Below the pieces are notes generated by a model. That model saw only the letters and a program-made list of their open reading frames with translations, did no database searches and was not told where the DNA came from. The position numbers and the translations under genes are program-made. 64,000 bases of DNA from Flaccisagitta enflata (lineage: Eukaryota): positions 18,972,001 to 19,036,000 of the forward strand of contig OZ231126.1 of NCBI GenBank assembly GCA_965153355.1, written 5' to 3'. This document shows, in pieces, positions 58,300 through 64,000 of this stretch. Positions within the stretch are counted from its first letter, which is position 1. Every line of letters starts with the position of its first letter.

Positions 58300-58370
58300 G
58301 ATGGAAATTGCGGGAGTTCATGGAAAGTCTTGTGTCAACGTCTGCAGAAGTGAGTCCTGTCTTGGGGAAA
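58300..58370 (+). pseudogene. Duplicated 3' fragment of the lectin exon
   Basis: DGNCGSSWKVLCQRLQK followed by GTGAGT and TGTCTTGGGGAAA mirrors 57716-57797. Confidence 0.7.
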
Positions 58371-61300
58371 CAATAGAACCCCCTTTCAGTGTGGGTCCCA
58401 AATACTTTATTGGGGTTTGAGCTCCGAGGCTAGAATTTGACTTTGTGGGGGGGGGGGGATGTGGAAGTCGGAGAAGAAAAGATTCTCTATAAAGCATTTT
58501 TAGCCCGATAGCGTTTTGGACAGCGACTGCGGCCCCGAAGGACATGTCCTGCAGAATACCGGGCGACTTTCATTCATTTGTTTGTCTGTTCGTTTATTGG
58601 CCAGTCCCCCCTCTTTAATCAGCCCTCACAGGCTCCAGATAAACCCTCTCAGGTCTGAAATCACCCCTTCAATCATCTTCAGAACCGTGCGGGGGCAATG
58701 GCAAAATCAAAATGGGCTTGTTTGAGAAACATGAAATGGACCAGCAGCAATTGGAAACAAATGAACTCCTAAGGTAGAACAAATCGTCATTACGGGCTCT
58801 CGGAAATACTGAGGCATTATAGAACTACAACGCCAAAGATGAATCGAGAGAATTTCCATTCCTAATTTCAGAGCGGCCTTCAGCTTTTTCCGTTCCGATG
58901 GGAGCATGGCCAATGAGAATTGCGACAAAATGGAAATGAAATCTGCCACTTCCGAGGATGGTGTCTTCTACACATTGATTTCTGAGAGTGGAGGAGACCA
59001 ACTGCTCAAATGATTTGCCTGTTTTTAAAAATCAGGTTTTTTTATGAAGCAAAATTTGATCGGGGATGAATGTCGCTGGCACCCTGAATCTTGTTTCTCA
59101 CATCTCACTACGAAAAAATATGTAGTCTAAGTGGCTTGTAAAACATATTGAATGTGTCTCAGGTTTATTTAACAAGTAATGATAATGTTTTTTTATCTAT
59201 TATCGTGCATTGCATTCTGCACATCCTCCCCCTCAGCCTTGCAAGTTAGCTATGTTATTTTGTATGAAAAGGAAATATGTAACATGTCCTATTAATATCA
59301 TTGCAGGTCAGTTTGGGTATTTACTATTTTTCGCCAGTTGTTAATCAAATTCTACTTACCACCATAACTGATTACATTGACTGAGGTAACAAAACACATA
59401 CTATTAAACAGTTTTATAAACAACGCTTTGACGGATGTAAGAGTAACGGAAATTAGCCATTGAACCATACCAATCTTAAGTACTTTACATACATTTAGTT
59501 TTTGGTGGCGGCCCCGGAGAGGCCAATGACCTATGGCTCCTCACATAGCGATTTTGGTGTCCCCCACCCCTTCCCTAAGCCTCAAACCAGGCCTTCCAGA
59601 CCTTAAATTAAGTTACAAATCAGGCCTTTCAAACCCAAAATCAGGGTTTTCAGACCTAAAATCAGGCCTCTCAGACCCAAATTCAGGCCTCTCAATTTTA
59701 AAACTGGTTTCTTTGACTCAAAATCTGGCCTATCAGACCCTTAATTGGACACCTCAGAACCCAAGATCAGACCTTTCAGTCCCCATTTGAGGATTCTCAG
59801 ATCCCAAATCTCATTTTTCAGCCCCCAAGTCAGGCCTCCCCAGCCCCAAATCAAGCGTCACACACCCCAAACCAGACATCTCAGACCCAAAATCAGGCAT
59901 CTCAGCCCCCCAAACCAATTTCTTAGATTCCCCCAGGCTCAAATCACTTCTCTCTGGCCTTGGATGAGACCACTTAGACCTCAAATCAGGACCTCAAGAC
60001 CCTTCGTTCATCCAGAAAAGAATCAGAAGTCATTGGCCCCTTCTAGAACATTGCCCCACTTAGTATCGAGTACAGCTGACCATGTAACGCTTTTGCGACT
60101 ACATTGAGTGATCGAAATGCGCTATATGCGTGGATGAAATATAATCCTTTGGGAAATATTTTTGCATCGACGCATCTTGTCGCGTAAAGCCAAATGAAAT
60201 GGCCTAATGGAAAAACTAGGATTGAGGAAACAATCGCGCGTGCGAATAAACAGAAGAAAGTGTCATATAATGTTTGTAAGCAGTACCATCCTCACGATAA
60301 ATGTGAGGACACTTGCAACTGAAAAGATTGTCTAGTCTACTTTTGAAAGGTCTTGCTTCTAAAAAAGAAATACTAAAAAAACTAAATTAGTTACATTTAA
60401 AAAACTGTTGATACTTCTTTTCATGGTACATAACAGGTTATCATCAAAACATAGCTAACCATATTTTTTCAATTTATCGCTCCCGCCCCCCTTCAATTAA
60501 CGCAACCCATGTTTTATTCTTATCAGATAATCAATGATTTGAGAGAAGATGAAGAAGCAAAAAATCTTTGAAAGTGGGAATTTTTTTAATGCTTTTTATC
60601 AGGGTTTGAATAGAAATCAGGAAAAAAAAATGCTTAGATACATTAAATCTTACATTTTTGATATCTTAAATAGCATCTATTGTGAATGACACCAGATAAA
60701 AGAGTGCTCACAAATCGAAAAGGGGCGCGTATTGGAGGGTTAGATGACAATATCTTTTTTTCAATTTCAAAAGCACCCGGGGTGCTAATATAAAAAAAAA
60801 CAGTATTTTCTTTTCTCCCTAGGATATTACCTACATTTTTACTAGTGACCTGTTATCTGGAGCAACAATTTTCCAAAGATTTTTGTTTTCGGGTGTCCTC
60901 ATATTTATCGGCAAGGAAGTAGAGAAGAAACCGATGTTCGTGTTTAAACTTTGTTATCGATTATTCCTCCGTGGCAACAACTGCAACAGAATTTACTCTC
61001 GCATTTAAAGCAGAGTATCGTGAATTATTTTCCACGGAAAAGGAAGTTATCATGATAGGGCTAACAGCTAAATTGCCACCTCATGAAAAAAGGGCTGAAT
61101 TTGTCACTTGGATTTTCTGAAATGTTTTAGATGAGTAAAAATGATAGAAGATCTTAATCGATTTCGATGAAATTTTAGGGGCTAGTTGACCTGTATTTGC
61201 CCCAACATCAATTCAATTTTTATCAATATCGGGCAACGTCTTCTGTGATTTTTTATGGAACTTTGTAAAGACACCATGGGCAGTTTCAAAATTAAGCGGT

Positions 61301-61472
61301 TTTGCTGATCTTACTCTCATTTGCATATTCATTGAGTTAGTGGTCCCACAAAAGTTTCAGATGAAAGATCTTTTGAAGGGCTTTCAAGGTGTCATGAATT
61401 TTGCTATGTTCAGATGAATTTTTGATCCTTTGCAGACCTTTCAAAAATCGGCCATTTTTATTGCACTTATGG

Positions 61473-61822
61473 TTACCGTATTTTCTCTAATTAGCGCCCC
61501 GGGCGCTTTTGAAATTGAGAAAAAATGTTGTCATTTTAGCCTCCAATTAGCGCCCCCTTTTGAACTGTAAGCACTTTTTATCATATGTTATTCAACACCA
61601 AATACTACTTACAATATTAGAAATATAGGATTGAATGTATCAAAAAAAAATTTTTTTACTTGTTTATTATTCAAGCCTTGAAAAATACACTGAAATAACC
61701 AAATTCTTCCACTTTTGAAGAATATTTGCTTTTTCATCTTCCCTCAAATCATTATTTTAGGGAGCACAAACAAGGGGGGGCGTTAATTGGAGGGGGGGGC
61801 GATAAATGGAGAAAAAACGGTA
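61473..61822. mobile_element. TACCGT-terminus MITE; diverged inverted copy at ~60459-60805
   Basis: TACCGTATTTTCTC...GAGAAAAAACGGTA. The reverse complement resembles 60459-60805. Confidence 0.7.
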
Positions 61823-64000
61823 TCTACCCTGTCTTCAAAAGCAACTGATACCAGCAAAAGATGTATTGTGTCAAAACGATTCATATTTCAAAATTCGGAT
61901 TTTTTCTATCTGAAAGCATATTTAATGCGGTTTTTTCATGCAAAATTTCAGCACTTTGTTTCAACCGGTTTAGCCTCCACATCATTTTTAAATGTATCCA
62001 AATTTTACTAAAATCTAGCAATTTTTAAATGAAATAAAAGAGCTAGGCCTCAATAACTATTTACAAATAGCCAAAACATTTGTTTGAATTATCAAAACTT
62101 ATCCCAATCTAGCATGTTTTCATTACTAATATAATTTCTTTTCTTTATGTGCATAATCATGAGATGTTCTAAACAAAAATGATGAAATTCTTACATGGAA
62201 TGTTGATGGAACATGAAAAAAACAAGGCCGAATACACGGCCACCAGTTGCGGACGGGTGGGCAGGGGCGGAAATGCGCGTTTTCCCACTTTTCAACTCGA
62301 GCGTGACGGACCGACCAACCAACCGACCGACCAACCGACCAACGGACGGCACGATTCGTAATTAATGGGAAATACATTTACAAACAGACCATCGTCCAAT
62401 TCCTTTTCATTCCACCTCAAAATTGTGTGCTGAATGCCGGAAAACCGTCGCGAAATATTTTTAGCTGTAATATTTTCGTCCATCGCCCTCTCCACCCAAG
62501 GTATTGAAGATGCAAATCAGTTTTGAGCATAAAGGAGTCACTCTGATGATTAATGTCTGTGGAGACCCTTAGAATTGATGTTAATGTATAAAATAATTAG
62601 CTTTTGAACAATTTGGTTGTTTGGTCTGACAATTTCCAGTCCCTACTGGATATTATGCTGGAATGGGTCGTCAACTGCATCTTCTTTACTCTTGAAGGCG
62701 CCTTGTCAGATTCTTTTGTTTTTTGCGTGAAAGTGATATAGTTCCATGGATAGGTATCTGTTTGCATGTTGTAATTGCCTGGATGAGCGCTTCAGATAAT
62801 CGGTATGCTCCAGCACCTCGTCAACCGCTTCTTACAGGGTAATATAGGAGATCTTGTCCTCAAATCAGCTTCCCAGACCTCATATCTGCTCTCAAGACCT
62901 CCAGGCTTCAAATCAGCTTTCAATTCCTCAAATCTGCCCTTTAGGCATCAAGCCTGACGCCTGACCTCAAAACTGCTCTTCAGGCCAAACCAGTCGCTCA
63001 AGGGCAATATGTGGTCAGCAATACCCCTTACCCTGCTTTTCATGATTGTGAATCTGAGTGGGGTTAGCAGGGAAGCGGCCTGTCCATCCATCCATGAACT
63101 GAGGGCTGAGGGGGCAAATTTAAAGCGTGAGAAGGTTTTTTGGGCAGCGGCCCCAAAGGGGATGAAGTCCTGTAGAACACAGGGGGAATATGTCCATCTG
63201 TCCATATATATGTGCGTCTGTCCATCCGTACGTCCGTCCGTACCCCCCTTGCCTCATCTTCAGGGCTTTGTCTCCTTTCGGGCCTATTCTGACCCAAATT
63301 CTGCAAAATAGCCCAAATCCTAGCATAATGGCTCAAATTCAAGCAAAATAGCCCAAATCTAGCTAGTAACCCCCAATTTTGGCCTGAGGTCCATCATTTT
63401 GGCCTCTCAGACCTATGTTGTGGCCTTTGATTCTGACCAGATTTGAGCCATTTTGCTTGGTTTTGGGCCATTTTGCTTAGATTTGGGCCATTTTGCTTAG
63501 ATTTGGGCCATATGGCTGATGGACGGACAGATGGACAGATTTCCCCTGTGTTCTACAGGACTTCGTCCCCTTTGGGGCCGCTGCCCTGCTCCCCCTCAAC
63601 TTAAATCACATGCTACTCAAGCAGGGCACGGGTACTGCTGACCATTTACTGCCTTTGGGTTGATTTGAAGCCTGAGTGGGCTCATTAGAGACCCAAGGCC
63701 TGATTTGAGGTCTGTTAGGGCTGAGTTGAGGTCTGTGAGAGCTGATTTGAGTCCTGTGAAGGCTGAGTTGAGGTATAAGAGGTCTGAAAGGCTGGATTTG
63801 AGGCCTGAGAGGGCTGACTTGAGGCCCTAGAGACCTGATTTGAGGCCTTATAGGTCTGATTTGAGGCCTGAGAGGCCTAATTTGAGGTCTGAGTTGCCAT
63901 GGGGGGGGGGGAACAAATTGAAGAACTATCAGATGAACAAACACACATCCCCCTGTGTTCTACAGGACTTTGTCCTCTTTGGTGCTGCTGCCCAAAAAAG

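Noticed and set aside
58111-58353. 80-aa poly-E/QE ORF
   Set aside because: Microsatellite translation; only the last 17 codons are meaningful (lectin exon duplicate).
62360-62840. Unique, coding-looking minus-strand segment
   Set aside because: All frames I read contain stops and no recognisable motif.

Overview
Repeat-rich eukaryotic (invertebrate-type) genomic scaffold with one 10-N gap at 42763-42772. The left part has three co-oriented + strand host genes: the last exon of RPB5/POLR2E, an intronless COMMD4 only ~330 bp downstream, and a BTB-BACK-Kelch (KLHL-family) gene with at least 14 exons and a ~500-aa acidic N-terminal extension. The right part has a spliced, secreted C-type lectin gene. 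Between them is a (CT)n/(TG)n-rich block with decayed ORF fragments (17-35 kb). It is followed by a clean, compact ~8 kb cassette of co-oriented ORFs with intronless CDSs that looks like part of a giant virus-like or retroelement-like insert: single-BIR IAP, 3xC2H2 zinc finger, coiled-coil plus double zinc-knuckle (Gag/NC-like) protein, a 78-bp tandem array, a furin-cleavable membrane glycoprotein with chuvirus/gB-like motifs, a second coiled-coil ORF, and an N-terminally short ribonucleotide reductase small subunit cut by the gap. No pol/RT, integrase, DNA polymerase, capsid gene or LTR is visible. The background is nested hAT-type elements, MITEs, Helentron-associated (DINE-1/HINE-like) elements and microsatellites. 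All family assignments come from motif recognition by eye, not from database searches.
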